Assembly (NCBI GenBank): GCA_964247055.1
Contig: OZ176053.1
Span: 1,054,001 to 1,118,000 of the forward strand
Reading direction: 5' to 3'
DNA from: Paragordius varius
Taxonomy: Eukaryota; Animalia; Nematomorpha
Length of the DNA: 64,000 nucleotides
This document shows, one piece after another, positions 12,046 through 23,577 of the stretch. The translations under genes were made by a program, and so were the position numbers. Position 1 is the first letter of the stretch. Each line of letters starts with the position of its first letter. The notes under the pieces are model-generated. The model was not told where the DNA came from. It saw only the letters and a list, made by a program, of their open reading frames with translations, and searched no databases.

Positions 12046-15000
12046 CTGAAAGGATAGGTAAACATGCTTTGCGTTATATATATATAAAAATTTCCTAAAT
12101 TGGGATTGGCATATAAATATATAGAATAGGATAATTGAAATGAATCTATTTTTAGATAGGATATATATAAATGTATTTGGTTTATTTCCGATAGAGCTAG
12201 GTCTCAAGAATGATGGAATAGCCTTTGTAGAATGTGTTAACCTCTATCCTCAAAAAAAGGTTGTTAATATGTGTTTATATAATATGAGGTGATGTTATAT
12301 TGTGGAAAAATTAACATTTTGAATGTAACATATATTTCATTTATATAATCTTGGAATATTGATTAATATATAATTTTGTAGATAAAAAAATATTTTTTGA
12401 CATTACATACAGGCGAGGATACTTGAAAAATCGACAATAGTCAAATGTCCGCAAATGTCATTTGAGACAAGTGGAAAACCTTTTTAGCTCAGTGCAGATA
12501 TAATTGAAGATTCATTTTCATCTGAAAAAGAAGCTATTACTACTAAGTGGTTTAAAAATTTAATTTAAACTAAACCTATATTGCAAAAAGTAAATTTGTC
12601 ATTTAACTATTAATTATATACAAAATTCTCATAAAAAATATTGATTATTAAGCAATAATATAGCAAACTTTGAATTGAAATAGATAATAATTAACAACAT
12701 ATTGTTATTATTATATATTATTATAGAAATTTATATATATATATATATACAATATACTTTTTAATTTGAGATCTTAAAATAAAACATATTTTTTTTAATA
12801 AAATTTTTGATTATATTTTTACAGCTTAATAGCATGCATAGTTTTTATGAAAACTAAGGATAAATTATTTGATACTACTACATATAACAATAATTAAAAA
12901 ATTGTGTTTTTTTATCATAGAATGACATGCATTTTTTATATTTAAAAAATTATTTCTTTTTCAATTTATAATGGATTATTATTAATTTGTGTTTTTATAT
13001 CACACATTGAATCTATAATATAAATTTTGGCTTTTTTTTCATTTGTATTTTGTTAATATAAACGCTAGTGAATTTGAATAGTTTTCAATTTTCAAACACA
13101 AAAGCATTAGTTTATCTATGGATCTTGGGCAATCCAAATATTATACGGTGAGAGAATGAATATTCAGATTCTGTTTAAATATGGCTTAACAAAAATAGTA
13201 TAGATTGAATTTCATATAATGGTACAATAGCATATATTATATGTATATTTTTATATTTTAATTATATTTTACAGTAAAAAATGAAAATATATAAAAATAA
13301 AGGTCAAATTTTAGCTCCGGCGAAACAGTCTGTAAAAAGGGATGTATAAGTTTATCCATATGAATTGTTGTTCTATTAATTAAGCTGACTATTTTAAAAT
13401 AAAGGTGATTTACTATTAATGTTTGACGGAATGCGGAAATTTATGAATTAGGATATTTAACCAAGCTGGAGTAATATACATAAAAAATGAATTTAGGGAA
13501 AACCCAATCTTTATATATATTAATGTAGATTCATCCCGAAATCTCAATTATTTGGTGTTTCGTAAGCAGACAAAATTTTTTTATGTAAGTTATGGGCAAA
13601 TATTATCAGATGTTTTACTTTGTTGCATTTAACTCCTTTGTATGGCCTTTACATAAGTCCAATTGAACGACCCTACCTTTATTACATAAGTTTTATGTAG
13701 TTAATGAAAAGGATCAAAAACTAGTAATATAATTTATTGAAAAAAAAAACGTTTAAAAAGATAATCCCACGGAAACATCCTGATTATTAGTTTAACCTTG
13801 ATTTTTTAAGGATTCTTAACGTTTGCAGTCCTGGATATAAATAATTTATGGTAAATACATTTTTAATATCAATAGTAATAAATCAAGGCTATGTTTATTA
13901 ACACTCAATAATTATTGATAACTTTAAAAAAGCTGGGATATTATTTTGCTTAAATTCAAAATAATATTAAATGAATGTATTTATATAAATTCATAAATTT
14001 TTGATTATTAGCTTATTAAGGCTTAATTAGTTGAAAATTAACCTTGAACTAAATTACGGCAAGGTTAGAATATAATTGGTCAAAAAATTTGAATCGTATT
14101 ATCTTTTAATGATATATTAATATTGCTGTTTAATATTCTGCGTTTGAAACCATTTAATCTTGAAAAAAAACTTCTATAATAAATTAAAGTATTTGTTTTA
14201 TATTCCGATTGCAGTTTGTAAATTATTGATTCTGAATTGGACTATCTTGGAAATCGGAGAGGATTGGTAGTGGATACAAATTACCCATTTGGGAATAGTA
14301 TTGTCTAGGTACCCTTGAATATATAAATGCGATTTATGAATAAAGGACATTGCTGGATTTTTAAAAAAACAATGTCGTCTACTATTCTGATAAAATGCCG
14401 AAATAACACTAAATTATAAAGTCAAAAATATTTATATATTTAAATTTATTTTTTGCAAAAATAAAATTTGCATTTAAAATCTACGAAAAATAATTTATTA
14501 TACATCTGAAAAAATTAGCATAAGTTAGTTTCGCATTTAATTTGTGATAATAACTATCAAAATTATAAGTTCGTCAAAAAAGATTAACACAATCAAAACA
14601 ACCAAATTTAAATCTCTGGAGATCGATATTTTTAATACTTACTTATTTGCCGCCAAAATATTTTAGCACTGAATTGAAACTTTAAATGTGAATATTATGT
14701 AAATATTTGGGAATCATCTAATTCTTTTTCGCATCTTAATCTCTTAATTAATTTTTAATTTGAGGCACATTTAACAAATTTTGATTCTTAAATATTAATT
14801 TATCACATATGAATTCAAAAGTTGTTATTCTTATGAATAGATCGTCCACAATTTTGTAATGTTAATTATTTGTATTCCTAAGGATTCTCTTCACGTTTAA
14901 AATCCAAATTGGTGTGCAACCTTGAAGCGATAAATTTATAGATTAAATTATCTTTGTGAGGAAATAATAAATCTTGTTTCGTGCTAATTAATTATTCATT

Positions 15001-15858
15001 TAAGAATAGAAATTACATTAAGCAATATACCAATAAAAGCCAATCCAAAGATTAATTGATTTTTATGAAATAATTTTATTTATTACTGACAGTTTACAAT
15101 TTTAGGTAGGTGTCACTGGCTAATTTAAGATTCGGATACTTAAAGTGGTTGATATTTTTTTGTATTGTATTAGGTATCGATATATAATATTTTTACATAA
15201 AACACTCGATTCGATTCCAGTTGTCGGTAAAAGGAATATGTATGTTAAAACTAAATCAATACTTCCGAAATCCTTGAACAAAAAAGAGGTTTTGAAAATT
15301 GAGGCTTAGCCCAGGGAATAACTGGAACACATTTGGGGGGTATCAATTAGGTTTATGGTGCAATTTTTTATATATTTAATAAATAAAGTTCAAAGAATTC
15401 TGAATTTTATCGTTTCTCCCAAAAATGGCCAAAGCAAAAACGGTTTAAGTATTTTTCGGATAATATATCTGTTAAGAATTAATTGATGCTATAAATAAAC
15501 CATTTTAGATTTATTAAGTCTATCTTCTTATTCAATAATTTAAACTCAAGAATTATAAACTGAAACCGATGATAGAGCCTAAACATTTTTAGAAGGTTAA
15601 GCCATTAAATTGATCCAAACTCTCCTGAATCTCAGGTCTATCCTCCTATGTTAAAAAATTTCTATTAGACTAAAAATGTTTGACAAGAACCGCTTTAGGT
15701 TAACAAAATGGTGGTCCTAAAAAGCCTGATGAAATATATATTTTGAATAAAAATGCATTCAGGGTACTTGGGTAGGAGCCATTTAAAAAATATATAAAAA
15801 CCATTGTAGTAATTGCTTCATTTTGTAAAATTATTTGCACGCATTATGGTAAATATAA

Positions 15859-15860
15859 TC

Positions 15861-15891
<31 letters not shown>

Positions 15892-18244
15892 GGAAAGTGG
15901 TGGCTTTGTGATCTGTTTCCGGAAAACAGTTAGACCCATTCAAATCCAGATGACGAAAAATATAATCATTAATGGATGCCCCGACAATAGCGTTGCCCTT
16001 TTTTGAATTGGGCCCTCAGTTCGTGCCCACCCCGTGTAAAGAACACAACACAAAACTCGTGTCTTTGAGACAATTTGAAAACGTGTTGGACCATTCGATT
16101 TCAAATATATTTTTTTTTACTTTTTTCGATTGCGCCGAACATAGTTGGCTCACTTTTTTCATTTAGGCACTCTTTTTGCCCGCTCCCCCGTAAAATGCCA
16201 TTTTTTAAAAAAAACAAAGTCCACAAAATTTGAATCTATTTTTTGCCCAAGGTATTAGGCCGTAAAAATTCAATAAAGATTCCAGGTATTCCCAGTTAAA
16301 AGGCAAACATTTTAGTCGAGCGTTTCTTTTATATTGGCTGCCGGGTAAGAGGATACCCGCTAAAAACTGACCCGTCATAATAAAATTGCGTGCCTTTGGG
16401 GCTATTCAGAAAATTTATCAAGCCACATAAGTTCATTACGTGCTTAAAATATTACCCGTAACAAGGCAAAAATTTAGGTCGTGCGGTTTTTTAAAATTAG
16501 CCGTTAATTCGGCTCACCAGGCCCTGAATAATGCGCCACCATAGAATGATTTTTTAATTTTGAAGAAATTTTTCCAAAAACTAATGAGAGCATATGGAAT
16601 CAATCATGATTTCAGGTATTCTCCGTAAAAAGGCAAAAATTTTAATCAAGCGCTTTTTTCGTATCAGTCATTGGGTAGGTGCCTAAAAATCCCCTACCAT
16701 ATCGAAATTGCGTTGTTTAGGCGTTTATTTTCAGAAAACTCATTAGGCCATATAAGTTTAATAAGGTCCTGAAATATTACCCGTAAAAAGGCAAAAATTT
16801 AAGTCGCGTGTTTTTTTAAATTAGCCGTTAATTAGGCCTTTACACCCTAAAAAATGCGCTATCATTAAACTACTGTTTAGTTTTGAAGCCATTCTTCCAA
16901 AAACTATTAAGATCATAAGGAATGAATGATGATTCCAGGTATTCCCCTATAAAGCAAAATTTTTTATTGAACGTCTTTTTTATATTGGCCTTTGGGTAGG
17001 GGGCTACCCGCCAACAACTGCTCCACCATATCGATACAGCGTGACTTTGGAAGCAAATTTTAGAAAACTTATCAGGCCATATGAGTTCAATGGCTTGCAA
17101 TATTACCCATAAAAAGGCAAAAATATAAGTAGACGGTTTTATTAAATTACTCATTATATAAGCCCTTGCCCTGAAAAATAAGCCACCATAGAATAACCTT
17201 TTGGTTAGGCAATTTTTAGAAAATGCCACGAGAGCATATGGAATCAATTATGATTCCAGGTATTACCCGAATTAAGGCAAAAATTATCCAGCGTTTTTTT
17301 CGCCCCTGGTTAGAGGGCCACCCGCGTAAAACTGCGTCACCATATCGATATAGCATGTCTCTGGAGCCAAATTTTAGAAAACCTATGAGTCTAATAGGAA
17401 CATATGGAATTCATGATAATTCCAGATATTCCCCATATAAAGGCATTTTGCACAACGCTTTTTTATACCTGCCCCTGGGTAGGGAACTACCCACCAAAAA
17501 CTAGGCCACTATATATTGCGTTGTTTTAGAATTTATGAAGCCATATGAGCTCATTAAAAGCTTGAAATATTACCCGTAACCATGTAAGGTCAGGCGTTTT
17601 ATTAGTCGTTAATTTGGAACCTTTATGCCCTAAAAATACGCCATCATATAACGATTATTTTGTGTCTTTTTTTTCCATTAATCCAAATAACCCGGTATCA
17701 AAGATGATTCCAAATATTTGCCTTATAAAGGCAAAGAATTTCCCCGCTTTTTCCATATAAGTCTATGGGTAGAGGTCTACCTGTTTAAAACTGAGACGCC
17801 ATACAAAAATGGCGTGGTTTTCGAGCTAATTTTCCCAAAACCTAAGAAGGCATACGAATTCAGTTAAGCACATTTCTTGGAAATTTGTATGATATCATTC
17901 TCTCCTTTAAAATGGGACCACAAATCATTCACTTTTTATATCCCTTGATCTCAGCTGTGTGAACCCAATTTCAAAATAAAACTTTAACCAGATTTCGTAA
18001 AACGAAAATCTTAAAATATATTCAATCATAGTTAAATATTAACTTTAATATGGGACAATTTAAATATGGTCAATGAGTAAACAATATTTGAGCCTATAAA
18101 ACCCGTAAAAGAATAATTAAAGACATTCTTTTTATTAAGTATACTTTTTATTATTTTTTATCTCAATTGCCTCTATTTATTAAAATTATTAATAATAATC
18201 ATCGGAGAGATTACGTCACAGGGAAGCGTGACAGGGCCAGCTAG
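15859..18244 (+). mobile_element. Non-autonomous Helitron carrying an internal satellite
   Basis: Inserted between A and T without TSD; 5' end TC(TA)n; 3' end has hairpin GTCAC-agggaagc-GTGAC (18215-18232) 8 nt before terminal CTAG (18241-18244); no Rep/helicase ORF. Confidence 0.8.
16200..17870. repeat. Degenerate tandem satellite, ~160-bp monomers in ~325-bp A/B dimers
   Basis: gattccaggtattc..aaaggcaaaa recurs near 16279, 16608, 16931, 17252, 17417, 17705; alternating aatattacccgtaa..aaggcaaaa near 16449, 16773, 17099, 17567. Confidence 0.85.
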
Positions 18245-18399
18245 TTTTTAATAAAAGTTAAATGATTTATTCAAATAATAAAAATAAATCAATGAAAATT
18301 ATAAACGATATTCATAAAAGCCAATTTTTTTTTAATTTAAAATAGATCAAAGTATTATATTTTGCCCCTTTAGAAAGCCGAGATTCCGCGATAAAAATA

Positions 18400-19363
18400 T
18401 ATAAAATGTGCTATATATGGCAACAAAGTTTTTTCGAAAAATTTCATTATAAAATTTTATTTTTAGCAAAATTTTATGGTATATACGAGCATGACTCTAA
18501 AAACACTTTTCCTATAACGATGTTACATTTCTGTAAGGCCGTGGTTTTAAGTATCTTTAACCATTTTTTATGTATTTACGATAATATATTTTACGATGTC
18601 GAATATTATTATGATGTCTTCGGCCAGTCCCACCTGACTTTACTTCCTACGAAGATACTCCACTACCCAAAAACATTTCTATCTCATTTAATCGCTGAAA
18701 TGCTATCGGGTTTATTTAAAAGACACCAATACCAAAATTTTAAACTCTTTACCGCAGCTCACACTCCCATTCATATAGCTGCAAAATATCTAAGATGAAA
18801 GGTGGACCTAGCAAGTAAAATGGCTTTGTTGAAGTTGTTTGTTTATTTTGAATGTTAATTCTTTATATCTATATATTACTTTTAAAACAATTTTCGGAAA
18901 TGAGTTTTGTCAATAATTATAATTTATACCGAACGGTTACCACATATATTATGGTATATATTTGTATGATCCCATCCATACCACGGGCATTCTCTAATGC
19001 GCTAATGCAAACTCCAGCCATGGTAGACCCCACTCCAACGAGACTACTCGCCAATCATCATGATACGATGGCGTCGGGGCCGCTGATAATTGAGCGGGAC
19101 TGAAAACCAATCTTTGGTATTTTATTAAAGCCGGATATTTGCTCTGACAGATAGTATGGTGGATTGCAGATAATATTTATTCCCATATCTGCTGGATTTT
19201 TTGTTTTTATATCCATGTTTGGAATTGATTTAGTATTTAATGATAAATATTTACTTGAGTGGGTAACACGAGGGTTTATAAACGGTTTATTTATGATTTT
19301 TTGCTTTCTTTTGTTCATTAACGGTTTCTTTGCGATTTTTCTTATATGAGTAATATCAATCAT
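18400..19363 (-). pseudogene. Possible Penelope-like element reverse transcriptase relic
   Basis: Minus frame reads DIKTKNPADMGINIIC (cf. PLE DIIIKPADKG), KIPKIGFQSRSIISG (cf. PKIHK..PLRPIIS), **LASSL and MDGIIQIYTII (cf. D..SLYT.I), with stops and shortened spacing; motif resemblance by eye only. Confidence 0.35.
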
Positions 19364-19442
19364 GGTTTATACATTTTTTATTTTATTTATACTGTATTGT
19401 ATACATATTTAACTGTATCTCCTGAATGCCTATGGCGAAATT

Positions 19443-19646
19443 TTCAGAACCAATAAGCTATCTCACTTCGGCCACATCACTAGAGCCAAAAACTTGAAGT
19501 TTCAGCTTATGTCGGGCGTTGAAATTTAAAGAAGATATAAAATGCGTTGGATCGATAATTTAACTAAAGAAACCAAACTATTAATGCAACAATTGATAGC
19601 CATCATAAATAACCGTAAAATATGGCGTAATACACTTACGAAATAG
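19443..19646 (+). pseudogene. 3' fragment of an RTE-clade LINE ORF
   Basis: Reads RTNKLSHFGHITR...MSGVEI*RRYKMRWIDNL...NNRKIWR, matching the RTE C-terminal pattern L.YFGHI.R...G..EG.R.RGRP..RW.D....R..WR; one in-frame stop. Confidence 0.6.
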
Positions 19647-21015
19647 CTAATCGACCCCGATCTTAGCTACCACAACAGCAAAAACGAGGATATCTACATT
19701 ATAAATTTACATTTAAATTTGTTAATGGTAAGCGCATAAATTACTATGGTTAAGATTGTGGATTTCTTTTTATATGGATCTCACGATTTAAAAGTACCGT
19801 TAAAAACTCAAGCCATGCAAGACCCAACTCGGAAGAGTTGCCAATTATTGGGAACAATGGTATCCAGGGAAGCAATATTGGAGCCGCTGATATTTTAGCA
19901 GGTATGGTTACCAATCTTCGGCATCAGGCCGAAGTTGAGACTTAGCATAGAGCAGAATAAACGATAATTTATCTCGAGTTAGTGTCCCAATTGAAGGTAC
20001 AGCTGAAACACGGTCGCAGGAAGGGTTAACGTCGACACTTGAGTGTTTAATATCTCCAAAATTGGTCTACCTTAAAGGCCACTCTCATTTAGAAGCAAAT
20101 GAAGACCATTTTTGCACCAAAGATAAGATATTAATCTACATTTGACTCGACAACCGAGTAAGGACCATAACGCTGTTTTTATGGTCATTTAAAATCAAAT
20201 ACTATTTTTACATACTTAATACGGCTAAACTAACATTTCTTATAATATATATATATATATATATATATAACACCTAACATAAAAGCATTTTTATGTATAT
20301 AGATACTAACGCCAAATCCAACCCCCGATGTGTCTCCCCGCTCTGAAGCTCATGCGTTACGGATGGGTGGGGTTTCGACGCTACCTTTATCGTTTTCATC
20401 ATTCTGCCATATACCATTTGCACTTCAAGATTCGACATTTCAATCCTAGACAGTTCAGGTAAAGACTCCAAATTGGCCCTTGAATATATTTATGCTATTA
20501 ATCAAACTATATATCAACGTTATAAAGTTTTTAAGTCCAGCACGCACCCCCCTCCCCCTCCGAGACTTTATGTGCGGCCCGAGAAAAATTTGGAAATCCA
20601 TAATTTGCCAAAATAAAAATTAGCAAATTTTCTCATAATAAAGGTAAAACCGGGATTGAGCGATAAACATTTTAAATTTATTTTTTTGACATCTGGATTT
20701 GCTTATGAATTTAATATATAGTAAAACTTTGGTAAAGCGAGTTTTATGATATTTGAAAGGCATGGTGGAAAAGGTATAAAAACAATTTAAAGGTTTATAA
20801 ACATTTTTTCTTCATAATTTGATGACAATTATCCACTCAACATTTTGATTTAAAAGTTATTTGCTTTTAATTTGGGTAAATTTTTGTAAAAAAACTACTA
20901 TTGCAACTATGATAATCCTGAAACATTATCTATCAGAGTGTATATATTTTGTTGTGATATTTTTTCAACCTTGTGTAAATATGTTAAAGTTATTAGTTGG
21001 CATTTAATCTACTTA

Positions 21016-21304
21016 CAGTAAAAACTGAAATTATACGGACAAAACGTACAAATATAAGGACAAATATTTTTTTCAAAAGACAACCATATTGTTGTAACCC
21101 TGATTTTTCCTCTATAAGATTTAACTACAATCGTAAGCCACATAATTGATTGTGCTACCAATTTACTTTTCTATTATATTTTGCAGTTTAAAACAATCAG
21201 TTATATTTAGATAAATCAAAATACAAAAAATATGGTTGTCTTTTAGAAAAAAATATTTGTCTTAATATTTTTACGTTTTGTCCGTATAATTTCAATTTTT
21301 ACTG
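21016..21304. mobile_element. MITE with ~75-bp TIRs (CAGTAAAAA...), probable Tc1/mariner-type TA target
   Basis: Left cagtaaaaactgaaattatacggacaaaacgtac..aaaagacaaccatatt is the inverted repeat of right atatggttgtc..acgttttgtccgtataatttcaatttttactg; TA on the left flank, TG on the right. Confidence 0.85.
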
Positions 21305-21591
21305 TGATAGTAACAGATTTATATTAATTTATATTTCATAAATATTTGGTTTACTTTGCAACAACAAACATAAATACTAGGCAGTAGCCCATATTTGATG
21401 CGCACCGTAAAATGACAAAATATGTTATAAATTGTTTTTGCAAATTAGTCCGGTGCTATGTGCACAAATCTATGTAATTAAAAACGACTACAATCGAAAC
21501 CTGGTTGATAAAATCATAATTTCCATGGGTTGCATAAAACGCCCTCTCTTTTGAAAGGTTGCCCCTATAGCGCATTTACTATCGGGAATTA

Positions 21592-22170
21592 CAGTGAAAA
21601 TTAAAATAATACGGACAAAACGTAAAAATATTAATACAAAATTTTTTTTCAAAAGACAACCCCATACTTTTTCAAACCTTAATTTATTTTAGAATCATTT
21701 AGATATAATTGTAAATGCATAATTGATTGTTTTAACAAATTACATATCTTTTTAAAGTGGGCAGTTTTAAACAATGAGTTATATACCATTTACGATTCAA
21801 ATTGACTCTTAAAAAATTCAAATTCACCCTAAAGAGAAATTATGAGTTTTCTGCTAATATAACTCATTTTAAATATGAAATATATTCTTATGGCATAATT
21901 TATTATTTCAGTATTAATAATTTTAACGAATCATTTTTTAAAAATATAAATATTGGTAATCTTTAATCTAAAATACACATAATATATTTTAGGGTGAATT
22001 TGAATTGTTCAAGGGTGATCTGAATTGTTCAAGGGCAAATTTGAATTGTTTAAGGGTGAATTTAAACTGTAAATAATATATTTAATAGAATCAAATTAAA
22101 AAAAATTTGGTTGTCATTTAGAAAAATTGTTTTTCTATTTTTACGTTTTACCCGTTATCAATTTCTAATG
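21592..22170. mobile_element. Longer, more diverged member of the same MITE family with an internal 21-bp minisatellite
   Basis: Left TIR cagtgaaaattaaaataatacggacaaaacg; degenerate right TIR ttggttgtc...acgttttacccgttatc; four agggtgaatttgaattgttca-like units at ~21990-22070. Confidence 0.7.
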
Positions 22171-22659
22171 TATATGGTTAATTATTATCATTATAAAACA
22201 ATATCTTATTAATTTTTAAAAAATTTATGGTAAAATAACATTAGCTATTTTAGTAATGCAATTTGAGATGTTTTAAATTAAACGCTAATATTTTAACTAA
22301 GTTTTGCTAAAGAGTAAAATATATGAAATATTTGGGGTTAGCTATTTAATTATTGAAATCCGTTTATTTAATGCGCCTTATTGAGTACTACTGTGGAACA
22401 TGATTGAATTTTAAGATAATATAATTTGAGATAATTAGCGGAATATCTACCATATCAAAAAATTAGTCAAACCCAAAACGATTAAACCTTTGCGGCATTT
22501 GCTCCTAGTATTTTGTGCAAAGATAATATGATAAAATTAAACTCATTTTAAATTTGGGTTAAATGCCACTTCCAAGAAACATAAAATAACACTTATTTTT
22601 TACACTTATATTTTTGTGGGATCATGATTGGGTCTTACATTTTTACTATGGATCTCGCT

Positions 22660-22800
22660 TGTTTATTTACTTTGGTTTTTGTTAGCACTAATTGACGCAT
22701 TCGATTAAATAAACAATGACAAGGGGTTAAGCTAACTAAAAACAAATCAATCAAACCGGTTTATATCCGGTCCTTATTTGGAGGCTATAAAAGGGCGGGT
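22660..22800 (+). promoter_or_regulatory. Conserved proximal promoter of the array gene (copy 1 shown; repeated before every copy)
   Basis: TATAAAA at 22786-22792 (~100 bp before ATG) followed by GGGCGG; upstream palindrome AAACCGGTTT, TTGACGCA (bZIP/CRE-like half site) and TGTTTATTTAC (forkhead-like). Conserved across copies apart from isolated substitutions; factor names are motif resemblance only. Confidence 0.65.
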
Positions 22801-22886
22801 TTTTCCACGAAATTTATAAACATTTTTTACTTCTTTTCTGTGAAATAAACGCCACCAAATTCCCAAAACTACTATCCCTGCCCACA

Positions 22887-23577
22887 ATGTACAAACAAAT
22901 CCATATTATCTTAACGCTTTGCATCGCCTTATTTGCAAGTAAAACCATTATAACTATAATATTTTTAAACTTAACCCGTATTACCTATATATTGGCATAC
23001 TATATTTTTTATTTCGATAAATTTATTTTTCTTTCACGAATATGAAGGTTTGTCAATGGCATGCAAATTTAACAATCAAAATATTCGGCCTGACAGATCC
23101 ATCATCCTAAGATCAGATATATCGAACAAACATGTTTTCTCGGATTGTGCGGATATGACAATAAAATTCAACATTCAACCTAAATTAAACGGTAAACAAG
23201 AGTTTTTTAAAAAACAAAAATAATACCCATATAATGTCGCATTATATTAACTAAAATGTTTAAAATACTTTAGTAATAAGACAAATAAGCACAAATACAC
23301 GCACAGATTACATCTCAACAGAAATTCCAAGTTCTGGTGGCTCGCCAGTCATTATGACTGACCAAGCTATTGAATATAGAGTGGCCCCTGGCTATGCTGG
23401 CCCCATTACTGTAACGGTAAGTTTTTTTAAATATTTTTTTATAAAGAGACTTTTCGTTTTATTGAATAATACATTAATGCAATTTATATATATATTTTAT
23501 AATGTATTTTAAATTTTGTATAGTATGCTCGAGATCGATTATTCATTCCTACTGTAGTTTCGCCAAGAAGAAATTAA
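22887..23577 (+). CDS. Small putatively secreted protein, copy 1 (130 aa; exons 22887-22938, 23048-23191, 23274-23416, 23524-23577)
   Basis: GT-AG introns in phases 1,1,0 give MYKQIHIILTLCIALFASLSMACKFNNQNIRPDRSIILRSDISNKHVFSDCADMTIKFNIQPKLNVIRQISTNTRTDYISTEIPSSGGSPVIMTDQAIEYRVAPGYAGPITVTYARDRLFIPTVVSPRRN*; basic-hydrophobic signal-peptide-like N-terminus. Confidence 0.9.

Noticed and set aside
16870-17504. 125-aa and 93-aa ORFs
   Set aside because: They lie within the Helitron satellite and merely translate the repeat monomers.
16200-17870. CRISPR-like or prokaryotic defence interpretation of regularly spaced repeats
   Set aside because: Whole monomers are homologous (no unique spacers), there are no cas genes, and the context is intron-containing eukaryotic DNA.
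18406-19349. Plus-strand hydrophobic ORFs resembling a membrane protein
   Set aside because: T-rich antisense of an A-rich relic, interrupted by in-frame stops, with no recognisable family motif.
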